A stretch of 63,462 bases of DNA, counting the filler, from Perkinsus chesapeaki ATCC PRA-425 (taxonomy: Eukaryota > Protista > Perkinsozoa), in NCBI GenBank assembly GCA_013115145.1. It is 11 parts of 11 records of this genome, joined end to end, with 100 filler letters (N's around TTAATTAATTAA, not from the genome) between each part and the next. Parts side by side here need not be neighbours in the genome. Positions count along the whole stretch, not along the records: positions 45,903 to 50,420 come from JAAPAO010001251.1; positions 50,521 to 52,642 come from JAAPAO010001670.1; positions 52,743 to 61,502 come from JAAPAO010000957.1; 8 more parts are not named here. The stretch is one strand, 5' to 3'. Below are positions 48,481 through 60,100 of this stretch, one piece after another. The notes below the pieces were generated by a model. That model did no database searches, was not told the origin of the DNA, and worked only from the letters and a program-made list of their open reading frames with translations. The position numbers and the translations under genes are program-made. Every line of letters begins with the position of its first letter. Position 1 is the first letter of the stretch.

Positions 48481-49195
48481 GGACGGTGTGAAGCAATCTC
48501 AAGCATGTCATCCCGAAAACGACATCGACGGAAACGACGAAACTAATAATAACACTGAGTATGATACCAGTGGCTCGATCAACTTGGAGAAACGGCAGCG
48601 GACAGGCGACACGAGCTCGCAGGATAGAATGGACACCTTCCCGGATGCGCAGGGCTTAGCCCTGAGGGCTATTCCTGTGAGATCTCAAGTTTTCATTCGG
48701 GTGACACTGAAGCAGGTAGCCTACCTGAGGTAGGTTACTAGTCAGTTGTTGTGCGCGTGAATGATCATTACGCGCAACTTGCTAAATGATAAACCAAACG
48801 ATCCATTACAACGAACGCGAGTCGCGTTACGCGACGCGGAAAAATCTCCACTTTATTCTTAACTTGAACAGAAGGACAAACGGCTTGTCACAAACCCGAT
48901 TGTCATTGGCCATATGACAACCCCTTGTGACTGTACAGCAACACCTAAGGTCTGTTTATTCGGTATACTCAACGCACGAGACCCAGATAAGATTATAACT
49001 ACTAGTGAACTCAAATCCAAAGCCGATCAACCGATATATAGTTACCGTATGGCTACGGATTAGTAATCCGTAGGCTACGGATAATCCGTAGCGTATTAAC
49101 AGTCTAATGGAACCGATACTAACCGCTAACATACTCCAGTACCGATAGTAAACCGTATGACTGCTAAAGATACGGTAAACACTTCATACCCAAGT

Positions 49196-49236
49196 TGGGA
49201 CTTCGTATGTTGGGTAACCCAACATACGAAGTCCCA
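49196..49236. repeat. 41-bp palindrome (20-bp perfect arms, 1-nt loop)
   Basis: TGGGACTTCGTATGTTGGGT-A-ACCCAACATACGAAGTCCCA. Confidence 0.95.
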
Positions 49237-49793
49237 GTTCGGCAGAACTGGCGAGAAGGAAAACTTGCACGCAAATACGAATACCAATTCCAACCAATTA
49301 AGTAGAACCACACGATTCGTGTGACACGAAGCCGACCGCACGCATGCGCAAACCGCGCGCAACACCGCGCAGTTGCCATATGGTATTGCTTTTTCACAGG
49401 TGTGCTGGGGTCCCTACCTACTTCAGTTGTCGAGCTCTTCCGCTGTGCCGCGAATGCAACTCGATCGCAAGCTTTATTCTCGACTCCTTTAGTTCCTCCG
49501 ACGACTGACACCGCAGATGCGGGCCGCATCATGCGGCTTATCTACTTTAACCCTAAAATGGTTTCTGGTAGTCGTTTTAATCTATCCAGTCATAATCGAT
49601 TTCAGAAACCGATTCTCAAAATCGCGTACCTTGTCTAACAGGTTGTCAGAATCTATTCTTCAGCAGCAATTCCAGGATCGTTCAAGGCACCGTTAATGAA
49701 AGGGGGAGTCAATCTTCGTCTTTGAATGGTGGTGACTTATCTGTGTCGCAAATGTCTGTTAGTGGAGGAATCACACCGTAGACTAACAGCAGA

Positions 49794-49973
49794 AATATGT
49801 CTTTTGTTCAAATGTGTAATACGTGTATTAGTAACTGAATATATTAGTATTTCCATAATATTACGATATGTTCTTTGTTCAAGTGTGTAATAAATATATT
49901 AGTATTTCCATAATATTACGATATGTTCTTTGTTCAAGTGTGTAATAAATATATTAGTATTTCCATAATGTTA
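49794..49973. repeat. 55-bp AT-rich minisatellite running into an N gap
   Basis: ATATGTTCTTTGTTCAAGTG... units start at 49866 and 49921; the sequence resumes in register after the gap. Confidence 0.9.
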
Positions 49974-50254
49974 NNNNNNNNNNNNNNNNNNNNNNNNNNN
50001 NNNNNNNNNNNNNNNNNNNNNNNNNNNNNNNNNNNNNNNNNNNNNNNNNNNNNNNNNNNNNNNNATAATGTTACGATATGGCAATTTAGACGAGCATGCA
50101 ACTGAAGGGAATGATAGTCTTAATGCTGCTAGTATTAAAGGAAGGACTTTAGCTGATGTTTATGGTAAAGTGGTGGAATATCTTAGAGGTCAGATTATAG
50201 GGAAAGATGAAAGGATAACAATACCATATGATGATTCAACGAGGAAAATAGTGT

Positions 50255-50420
50255 AATAAAGGGGGGTTAATAATGAGGGAATAGTAAAGGACGGTTAATA
50301 ATGAGGGAATAGTAAAGGACGGTTAATAATGAGGGAATAGTAAAGAAGGGTTAATAATAGGGGAATAGTAAAGGGGGGTTAATAATAGGGGAATAGTAAA
50401 GGGGGGTTAATAATAGGGGA
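50255..50420. repeat. 28-bp minisatellite, about 6 copies
   Basis: Unit TAAAGGGGGGTTAATAATGAGGGAATAG with variants. Confidence 0.92.
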
Positions 50421-50547
50421 NNNNNNNNNNNNNNNNNNNNNNNNNNNNNNNNNNNNNNNNNNNNTTAATTAATTAANNNNNNNNNNNNNNNNNNNNNNNN
50501 NNNNNNNNNNNNNNNNNNNNAGACTCGCTTCAGTTGTTCGGGACCCG

Positions 50548-52642
50548 ATCTTCCGGTGTCTGCTATCGGATTATTAAGGTATGTTGGGACAACTGGTCAA
50601 TTAGTAGTGGTGTTAGCTCTAGCCGTACAAGTAACAGAGTAACCAGCTCGAGTAGTAGTGGTGTTAGCCCTAGCCGTACAAGTAACAGAGTAACCAGCTC
50701 AAGTAGTAGTGGTGTTAGCTCTAGCCGTACAAGTAACAACCAGCTCAAGTAGTAGTGGTGTTAGCTCTAGCCGTACAAGTAACAACCAGCTCAAGTAGTA
50801 GTGGTGTTAGCCCTAGCCGTACAAGTAACAACCAGCTCAAGTAGTAGTGGTGTTAGCCCTAGCCGTGCAAGTAAAGAAGTACGGAAGTGGTGCAATTGAC
50901 CACAAGATAGTGCGCTGCGTACGATTTGCTTCCCGGGAGGGCATAATAATTATGGAACGTTCCAGTTATTGGAACGGCCGTCGTTGAACGACATGGAAGA
51001 GAGGACAGGCAAGCCCTCTGAAACATACTGGATGAACCAAGAGTCCTCACTCATTATGGTGTCGGTGCTTAAATCAGAAGTACCAACTGGATGGACAGAT
51101 CATCATGAGTAATAGTGACTTCGACGTATATGATTTACTTGAAAGTTCTCCATAGGTTTCTACTAGAAGCTCATCAAATCATTCGCCGGTACGTCTCCGT
51201 TTCTTCACAAAGAACCGTTACAGCTGAAGAATCTTTCGAGTGCGACACACAAACTGTGAATCTCGGCGCGCGGTCTTTTCATGCAACCGAGGCTCGGTTA
51301 CCGAGCTGTTTTTGATTCTCAGCGCACTGTCTATCAATCAAGTTACGAAGTAATTTTGAATGGCCCGCGATAGTTGATTCGTTGACGAGCGAGCAGCCTT
51401 CTCCCGAAATTGTTGTACCGGTAATACTGCATTGTTGTACTCATATTCAGTGCTGGGACTACTAGTACTACTATAGTGCATATAGTATGCATATACATGT
51501 ACATGTATTATACATGATGTATACAGCTAAGGCCTCGGTGGTTTGGCGATCATTTCGATCAGTCCGGTCGGGTTCCCGGCTCGGGGATCATCTAACGGGA
51601 GTGACTGAGATAAACTCCACTGCTCATGGGTGTGCAAAGGTAGAACTACAAAAATTGTAGAGTCTCTAAGAACTACAACTTGCGGCCTTGGAGTGTATCG
51701 TACTGACACTTCTAATATTTTCGTTTCTCCATGGTTACAAGATTCCAGCACACGCAAGAGACGTAGTTACGTAGTTGTACATTATATCATTGTCTTATCT
51801 GAACTGTGATATGTTTGTCAGCATCTAAACACTGGAAACTCAAAGAACCAGTTTGGTACTGGAACAAGGGGAGGGATGCGTACCAATACGCTTCCAGATA
51901 ACGTGACTATTGCGACAAAGGAATGCAGGGATTCGCCACCATCAGGGGCGAAATTCAAAACATTTCCGGGCTTCAAGAGTCTCGAATCGAGACCATTCCC
52001 TTTCCCATTGATACGCATGAGGTACTGCGGTACAGGCTCTGCATTTCCAAGTCAACATGAGACAACACCTGATAAACACGGATATCTTGCAGAGAGCTGG
52101 CTGCAGTTTGATCTAGACGCATCATGCATCCTCACTCACGCATAACAGATAGGGTTGCCGTTTCACAGGCTGTTGAGTGTGTGATTCGAAACTCGTAATC
52201 CATCCATCTTGCCCAAACCCTCGCACTCTCGCTCGCACAGCATATCGACTTTCCACTATACGCACAACAGAGCCTCTGTTACAGAGAGACAAATGCTACA
52301 AGTGGACTCAACAAACTACGCACTATCATTTCCTAACGAGACTTCGGAAAGGGACACGAGACTTCACGAGAGCTTAATCATAGTATATATTAAGAGTCTC
52401 AATGTAAGACCTTGACAACACGGCGAGTTGACACGCCAGCCTACCTGTAGTAAGTAACTACTAGTGACCTGGCCTTGGCCTTGTCTACCCATCAGGAACA
52501 TTGGCAGCCATTTGCGCGACGTCGCCACCACATTAGCTCTCCGCCATCTAGTTCGCTTGATAGTACTTATGACTCATAAGTTATGAGGACAACAGTGTTG
52601 TCCCAACATACCTTAATAATCCGATAGCAGACACCGGAAGAT
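50548..52642. mobile_element. Non-autonomous TIR element (TIR at least 46 bp)
   Basis: ATCTTCCGGTGTCTGCTATCGGATTATTAAGGTATGTTGGGACAAC at 50548-50593 with a perfect inverted copy at 52597-52642. Confidence 0.7.
50603..50873. repeat. Subterminal tandem array, 51-bp then 46-bp units (6 copies)
   Basis: AGTAGTAGTGGTGTTAGCYCTAGCCGTACAAGTAAC units at 50651, 50702, 50748, 50794 and 50840, plus a partial first unit. Confidence 0.92.
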
Positions 52643-52742
52643 NNNNNNNNNNNNNNNNNNNNNNNNNNNNNNNNNNNNNNNNNNNNTTAATTAATTAANN
52701 NNNNNNNNNNNNNNNNNNNNNNNNNNNNNNNNNNNNNNNNNN

Positions 52743-53298
52743 CGGCTGTTGTAGTTGTAGTGGGACCGGAGGTTGTAGTTGTAGTAGGACTGGCTGTTGT
52801 GGTTGTAGTAGGACCGGCTGTTGTAGTTGTAGTGGGACCGGAGGTTGTAGTTGTAGTAGGACTGGCTGTTGTGGTTGTAGTAGGACCGGTCGTTGTAGTT
52901 GTAGTAGGACCGGTCGTTGTAGTTGTAGTAGGACTGGCTGTTGTAGCCGTCGTTGTGGGCACGATATAATTGCATGAAACAGGATTATCTTGCGGACAAG
53001 CATCAGGATTGTTATTGAAAAAACAGACACTGTTATCCGGAAGACGGTATCTGATAGGAAGGAAAGACATAGAGTACTGATGTTGGTGGGACGCTATTCG
53101 ACTCACAGTCCTTGACAGACCCCGACACCTGGAGTAGGAGGGCCATAAGGTTTGCAATATGAACCCTTGTTCCCGCAGATATTCTTCCCTTTGACTTTGC
53201 AGAGCGATTGGCAGTAATCCTGACAAAGGCAAAAATGCCTGTTTGGCCAGCCTTAGCTCGGTTACATCAGGTAGCCTGGTACTTGTTGTTGTTGTTGT

Positions 53299-53333
<35 letters not shown>

Positions 53334-53610
53334 TTGTGGCTGTTGTCGTAGTGGTTGTGGTGAGTCCTCGACAGAAGACAGGACGATCCTCTGGACAAGC
53401 TTTTGGGCCTTGGGTAGCTACACAGCATACGCTGTTGTTCGGGAGATAATACCTAGGAGGGTAGGGGGATGGCAGAATGGGGGATACCTCGCACAACTCA
53501 CAAGCCTTGGCAGACTCCTAACTTGGTGTCAGGTGGACCAAAGTCTTTACAATATGACCCAACGCCAGCACAAATATCGATGCCAGTAGAGTTGCACAGC
53601 GATTTGCAGT
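52743..53610 (-). CDS. Mucin-like protein with two Cys-rich GSYCK modules and Thr-rich linkers (partial, spliced)
   Basis: Spliced modules YCKSLC..IC..GSYCK..VCQGL/YYLP..VC..ACP..PVFC and YCQSLC..IC..GSYCK..VCQGL/YRLP..ACP..PVSC, followed by TTTTT(G/S)P repeats. Confidence 0.8.
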
Positions 53611-53729
53611 ATTCCTGAAGATGGTGTTTGAAGGAAGAAAAAGAAGTAAGTGCCTTTTCAACCTTTGACCACGGCCAGCGAGCGAAAATAATCAACTTAC
53701 ATTCGGCGAATCAGAACCCGGGTGGCTAA

Positions 53730-53880
53730 AAACAGTACTTGAGTAGCTTCGCGACTGTTCTGACAGCGATCCCGAAGCGAAGAATCGTATTAAGAAGAAG
53801 ATCATCATCAGCTTGGGAGTCATCTCTAAGAGCCATAGAACCCTGTGGGGCATATCTGACCTGGTTCTCACTCAGAAGCG
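53730..53880 (+). pseudogene. Possible LINE RT C-terminal remnant
   Basis: DSDPEAKNRIKK..LG....LW...L..K resembles the post-RT region of RTE-type LINEs. Confidence 0.3.
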
Positions 53881-55994
53881 AAAGTGGAACCGGTGAGAAC
53901 TAGCAGCGGGCCCTTCGCCCGGCACTGCGTTCAGCTGTGGACAGTCAGCACGCATGCGCTTCCACGAAACAACGCAACCTCGACGTAAGAAGTGAATCCG
54001 CTTCTTTTGCGCGAAGTGTGGGAGAAGATGAGACAAGCTGTGCAAGTCTATCTCACTAAATCACCGGGTGACGCACAACTTCCTCATAATGTGCCAATGC
54101 GCTGCCACGGTACATCACAGTAGTCGCAACTTGCCTATATATGTGCTAACCTGGCAAAGTAGGCGGCAGTGCCGCCGTGGCACTGAGACCTCCCCGAAAC
54201 CGAAGCAAAAGAAATGAGACGGATGGCGCCCGATAGTGGAACACAGTCCATGCTTTTGCATAAGCCAGCTGGTGGGTTCCAAGTCAATCGCATCAGAATT
54301 CAGATTTGCATCACGCGCAGGTCGTGAACAACTTGTTCAGAACAAGCAATAGCCCCCAGCGCGGCAGGGCGAGCGAGATACTGTAGTATCTCGGAGATAG
54401 ACCAAAGTCCACATTAGGCTTATCTCATACAGCCTTCCAAATAATGCAAGCTCAATCGGAGTCAGCAAGGTCGATCGAAGAGGGACATCGCTGACACGAT
54501 TGGGCGGTCAAAACTCGACACAACTGGGTGATGGCGCGCGCGCCAAAGTAATCCGCGCAAGCGGCACGCACGCGCATAGCTATTGAATAACCGTTATTGA
54601 ATAACCCACGCCGCAGCGCTAGCTGCTAACTCGCAGCCATCAATGTGCCCAGGAGGCACAGGACGGGACACTAGTCTCGCTCCCCCGTGGCCCTAGCCAC
54701 GGGCTTAACTCTTCAAAACCCACCACCCCTCCCGGAAATCACGCACCCGAAACCAGGGCACTCAGCCACGTTACATGGTTCACGTATGTCGCAGGCCAGT
54801 CTGGGTGCACCTGGCCCCATGTGCGTAGACTATCGACTGAGGGCAGCCGAAACCGCGAATTAACACGCAAAAGCCGTCGCCGACGGCCCATCGGGGCACA
54901 GCATCCCAGGTCGACTCGACCTGGTTGAGGTCATGCTGGGGGAAAGCTCAGATCCCTTTGCCCGATTTGGTGCCTTCGGGAAATAGGGGAAACATTGGAA
55001 TACATGGCAGCGCGAGCCGCCATTGGTGAACCGGACACGAGCGCAAATCTCTCGTGCCCCCCGAAAGGGAGGGGGGTAGGTAAATAGGTCGCCACGAGCC
55101 GTGAATAACGACCTAGTCGTGCAACAGCGCCAGCTCACATCTCGGACGCACCAAGATGATAGCGGGAGGACTCGCGACCGCGGTTGGACTGGAAAACCTG
55201 GTCGCGATACATCAGCGCTGTGCAGCACTGCCGCGAGTGAGAGCGTCAAACGGCTCGACTCAAGGCACAAGTCAGTGCAAACACGACATGCAAGGAAAAA
55301 CCTAACCCCATCCGAGCGGACTCGGAGTTTTGTGATATAATACCGCGTTTTTTCGGTAATTAAAATCGTCTGTATGGGCTCACCCGTGGTTCAAACTCGG
55401 ATGCATATGTTCACATACCACTAGGAGCCAAGTGTCAAAGTTTCAAGTCTCAACTCGGCCTTGTTGATGAGAACTGGAGGTCAGTTAGAGAAAAGGCTGC
55501 CAAATTGAAATAGAATTCACAGCTTAATATTCGTGGTCAACTTGTTGGGTCAGTTTACTCGGGCCATACGACCGCATGCGGAGACAGCTCTTGTGCCCGC
55601 GCTGTGCGCGGCTAGTGAGTGCTGCAATGCGCGGTCAGAGGTGACAACGGGATAGTCACCCCTTTTCAGTTATTTTAAGTTTTGATCATCATAACCTCCC
55701 GCCCACCCGAGCGATGTGCCGAGCTTCCGCTGGTAGTGTGCGCCCGCGGCGCCCCGCACATTTGGGCCGTGTGACAGCTATCGCTGTTGACGCGCCCCCG
55801 CGCCCCACCGCTCGGGAGGAAGGGCAGAGAGTAACGACCTCAAAATCCAAGTTTTTACTAGGGAACCACGACCAGTCGGTCGAATTAAGTAATAACGTGG
55901 GTACCTATAGAAAGAGGACCTCTTAAGAATATACCTCCGAAAGTATCATATCTCAACAATCGTTCGCCTCTACGTTAACCGCCACCGGTCACCG

Positions 55995-56384
55995 GTGGAT
56001 CCTTCACGGCAGCACTCTCTGAATATAGAGGATATCAGGGGCAGACAAGGACTTAGAAGACACGACTCTAATATTTCTGTGGAGGGTAGTGTCTTCAGAG
56101 AAGTAGTTGGGGACAGAGGGGATAATAAGGTGTTGGACTTTGAACCTCCGAAAACCTTGCCTGACGATGTGCAAGGGTCGCCTCATGACATCGTCATCGC
56201 TGGGGAGCTGATTAGACACCTCTTTAATCAGGCTAAGATTAGTAAGGCGTTTATGGATAAAATCCAATACTGCCTAAATAAAGCGACAGCTAGGCTATTG
56301 GATCTACAAGAGGAGGACTCTGGTTTTAAGTTCAGGATTGTGGAGATCCTAGAACTCCAGGTCAAAAACCAGGAGGATATCTGA
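55995..56384 (+). CDS. Hypothetical 129-aa ORF abutting the truncated mucin copy
   Basis: Open frame; only weak IVIAGE resemblance to the APE endonuclease IIxGDFN motif. Confidence 0.25.
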   Translation: MDPSRQHSLNIEDIRGRQGLRRHDSNISVEGSVFREVVGDRGDNKVLDFEPPKTLPDDVQGSPHDIVIAGELIRHLFNQAKISKAFMDKIQYCLNKATARLLDLQEEDSGFKFRIVEILELQVKNQEDI

Positions 56385-56390
56385 TGATGA

Positions 56391-57107
56391 TTACAAAAAT
56401 TTGGTGGCCGTTGTAGTTGTAGTGGGACCGGAGGTTGTAGTTGTAGTAGGACTGGCTGTTGTGGTTGTAGTAGGACCGGTCGTTGTAGTTGTAGTAGGAC
56501 CGGTCGTTGTAGTTGTAGTAGGACCGGTCGTTGTAGTTGTGGTAGAACTGGCTGTTGTAGTTGTACTAAAAATGGTTGTTGTAGCCGTCGTTGTGGGCAC
56601 GATATAATTGCATGAAACAGGATTATCTTGCGGACAAGCATCAGGATTGTTATTGAAAAAACAGGCACTGTTATCCGGAAGACGGTATCTGATAGGAAGG
56701 AAAGACATAGAGTACTGATGTTGGTGGGACGCTATTCGACTCACAGTCCTTGACAGACTCCGACACCTGGAGTAGGAGGGCCATAAGGTTTGCAATATGA
56801 ACCCTTGTTCCCGCAGATATTCCTCCCTTTGACTTTGCAGAGCGATTGGCAGTAGTCCTGACAAAGGCAAAAATGCCTGCTGGGCCAGCCTTAGCTCGGT
56901 TACATCACGTAGTCTGGTACTTGTTGTTGTTGTTGTCGTAGTGGTTGTGGTGAGTCCTCGACAGAAGACAGGACGATCCTCTGGACACAGCATACGCTGT
57001 TGTTTGGGAGATAATACCTAGGAGGGTAGGGGGATGGGAGAATGAGGGATACCTCGCACAACTCACAACTTGTGAGTTGTGCGTTGTGACTTGTGAATCA
57101 CAAGCCT
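56391..57107 (-). pseudogene. Second, truncated copy of the mucin-like gene
   Basis: Highly similar to 52743-53510. Carries a 25-bp deletion relative to copy 1 and is cut at both ends. Confidence 0.85.
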
Positions 57108-57166
57108 TGTGTGTCATTCACATGACCGAAGCGAAGTGCATTTAGCGATCGCCCTCATCTGAAACA

Positions 57167-60100
57167 GTGTATGAAACTGCAACCGTTTCGGATACTCATG
57201 ATCGTAACAGAGTCATCAAAAAACTATATATAACTTTTGGTTTACCTATCCTTTGTTGCGCTATGACTAAAGGAACGGCAGATTCTACCGGGATTAAAGC
57301 TCTCAGACGAAGCTCTCGTGTTAAGTCCAAGACCACCGATGACCTCCCAACTGGATCGAAGAAGACTCCAAGACTAGACGAGGAGACTGGTGCAGTCCTT
57401 TCGAATATCAAGCAACCCATCGCGAAGGTTCCTGCTAAACACCTTCAGAATACCGCCATCCACGACGCTCTGGAAGTGCTCACTACTGAACTTCGTTCTC
57501 TACGAGCTCATGTTGATGAACTACAAGCTCAACGACAGGGCACAAGTCAGCAGTTCACTGTAACCGAAGGATCGTCCAGCCCTACACCAATCATAGAATA
57601 CCATGAAGATGATGCTCGTTCGGTCAACCCCGCTGTCAAAAACGCCAATCTGTCACCATCATTTCGTCCTCTCCCTTCTTCTGGGGACGCTGATATGCTC
57701 AAACCCGCTGTCAACAACGTCAGAGGATCACCTCCAACTCACCCTCTCCATCCTTCGGGAGAGCCCTATCTAGTCAACCCGGCTGGCAACAACGCTGGAG
57801 GCTCACCACTACTTCATCCTCTTCCCCCTCCTGGAGAGGTTTATCTGCACAACCCCGCTGTCAACAACGCCAGAGTTTCCCACCCTTTCCATCCTTCTGG
57901 AGAGGCTTACCTGCACGACCCCGCTGTCAACAACGCCAGAGTTCCCCACCCTTTCCATTCCTCTGGGAAGGCTTACCTGCACGACCCCGCTGCCAACAAT
58001 GTCAGAAGCGCCGGGCCCATTAGTGAATTTTGTCGACTCCCTCCACAGTCCGAAGTCAACACGGTTAGGCATGTTGATGATGAGTCTACCAAATCCCCTC
58101 ACCAACAACCTGACACCTTCCGGGCACTGCAACCTACCACGCACGTCCTTGAAGGACCTTGCGACACTGGTTATGCTATCTCTGGTAACACCGAACATCA
58201 ACGACGACTTGTAAATCCCGTTACTGTTGTAAATCGGAAGTTATCAGTAGACGCGTGCATAAACCAAGCTCAAACCAATGGCAGCCTTCTTCCTGATAAA
58301 GCTTTGTGGTGTGGCACTCGTGACCCTAGCAAGAGAGCCTTTGCGGAGACTCGACAGCTGGTGACTACGAGCAGTTCCTACAAGTGGTCCCCTCCGTGCA
58401 CGCAATACTTCCTAACAAGGCAAGCTTACGCCCCTTTCATAGTGCAAAAGTTAGACTTGTGGGAAGCCAAACAAGACTATGGCCAGCTCGAGTCCATCTC
58501 ACAAGACCCACACTCCGCCTACTGGAAGGAAGCTACTCGTCGCCAATGGTGTTACCTATCTACCTGCTATGACAAGCACAACCTAGACTCTTTGGAGTCT
58601 CGCTGGAGAGAGCTTAAGTTAACCCCTGACATTCACTGGGATGATTACATCACCCGTTTCGAAGTCATTGCATCTCAGCTCGCTCAAGCCAGAGGAGTCG
58701 AAGCCCTTACCCAAGCTGAAGTTCGAGTTCATCTCTACCTCTCTCTTCCCAAGGCCCTTCAAGCACACTGCGTGACAAACGGCTACAACGTGGGAGTCCA
58801 GCGGATGAACTACGACGGTCTCGTGGCGACTTGCGCCGGATGGTGTGAGCTGAACTGGCAAACTGCTACCACTTCCACTAGTACGGCCGGTGTGAACAAC
58901 GTTGCCTTATCGACCTCGCCTTCTACAACATCCACCTCTGCTCAGGACAAGACCGACAATAAGTTACGCTCTGCCAGACCATCGACGCCTTTCCGTCAAC
59001 GAGTGAAGGATGACGAAGCCATTCTCAACGACGAGTACAACATCAAGATACTGTCGAGTCGGTGCCAGAGATGTTTGTCCGAGTCTCACGATACTACAGC
59101 TTGTTGTGAAGAGTTAACAAGAAAGGAAGAGAGATGCTACCACTGCGGTCTAATACACCATCACTCACGTCACTGCCCCACCGGCTATGATAATTACCGA
59201 GGCCCCAACTGCGAGCGCTGCAACAAGGTGAATCACGCGGCTCGAGCTTGCCGCCGTTTTCGACCGTGTTCTGCTCAAGTCGCGGCAGCGATTCCGATAG
59301 CTAATTCATCAAGTCCAGTTGTGTGCTCCGACGGTCCATTGAGCTTTGTCGACCTCCACATCAACCACTCGACGAACTGCATTCCCGCATTGGTCGATTC
59401 CGGCGCGGCTGTGTCTGTCATCAACAGTTCCACTGCATCCTGTCTAAGCCTTACGGTTAGTCAAACCAATCTTCGGATTCGATTAGCCGACCTTTCTGAG
59501 ACTGCAGTCCGCGGAGTGGCGAAATCGGTGGTTATATCCTTCTCCAATGGTCTGCACTTCACCGAAGATCTCTACATACTAGACGGCTGCGCTCATCAAC
59601 TAATACTATCTGTTGGACTCCTACGTCGTTTGAAAGCAATCTGGCATCTACATGGTAACTATATCACCTTCGATGACAATAAGAGTAGTCAGCCGATTCC
59701 TATGATGAGCGCACCAAAACAGCAATACAATACATCTAGATCACCATCATGTTCAAGTGATGTCGCAAACTTGTGCAGCATCATCGCCCCCGAGACGAAG
59801 ACTGACACTATCACCATCTCCTACAACATTGACGACGACGATCACCCCAACACCATAATCCTACCTGTAGACGTTTGGGAGACACTAGCGTTATCCTTCT
59901 TCCCAGAACCTCGAGAAGAAGCTTCAAATGACTTGAAGGGTCTCAGTCGGTCTCAAACTATCGACGCCTTCCGGCTGCATCTTACCGACAGCGAAGACAT
60001 CACAATTTCGCAAGAAGAACTCTTCGACTTCTCCATAGACCCCCCATCTGAGAGTGCTCCTCGCGGAAGATTACACTGCAAAGTCCCATGGCGTAATGAG

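Noticed and set aside
49794-50873. CRISPR-like arrays
   Set aside because: The 55-, 28- and 46/51-bp repeats are head-to-tail with no unique spacers, and no cas genes are present.
55714-55926. LLGNHD metallophosphoesterase motif
   Set aside because: Isolated motif in a short ORF with none of the other DxH/GDxxD/H motifs.
52691-56668. Gln/Val/Tyr-Asn repeat ORFs in other frames over the Thr repeats
   Set aside because: Shadow frames of the ACN-rich mucin repeats.
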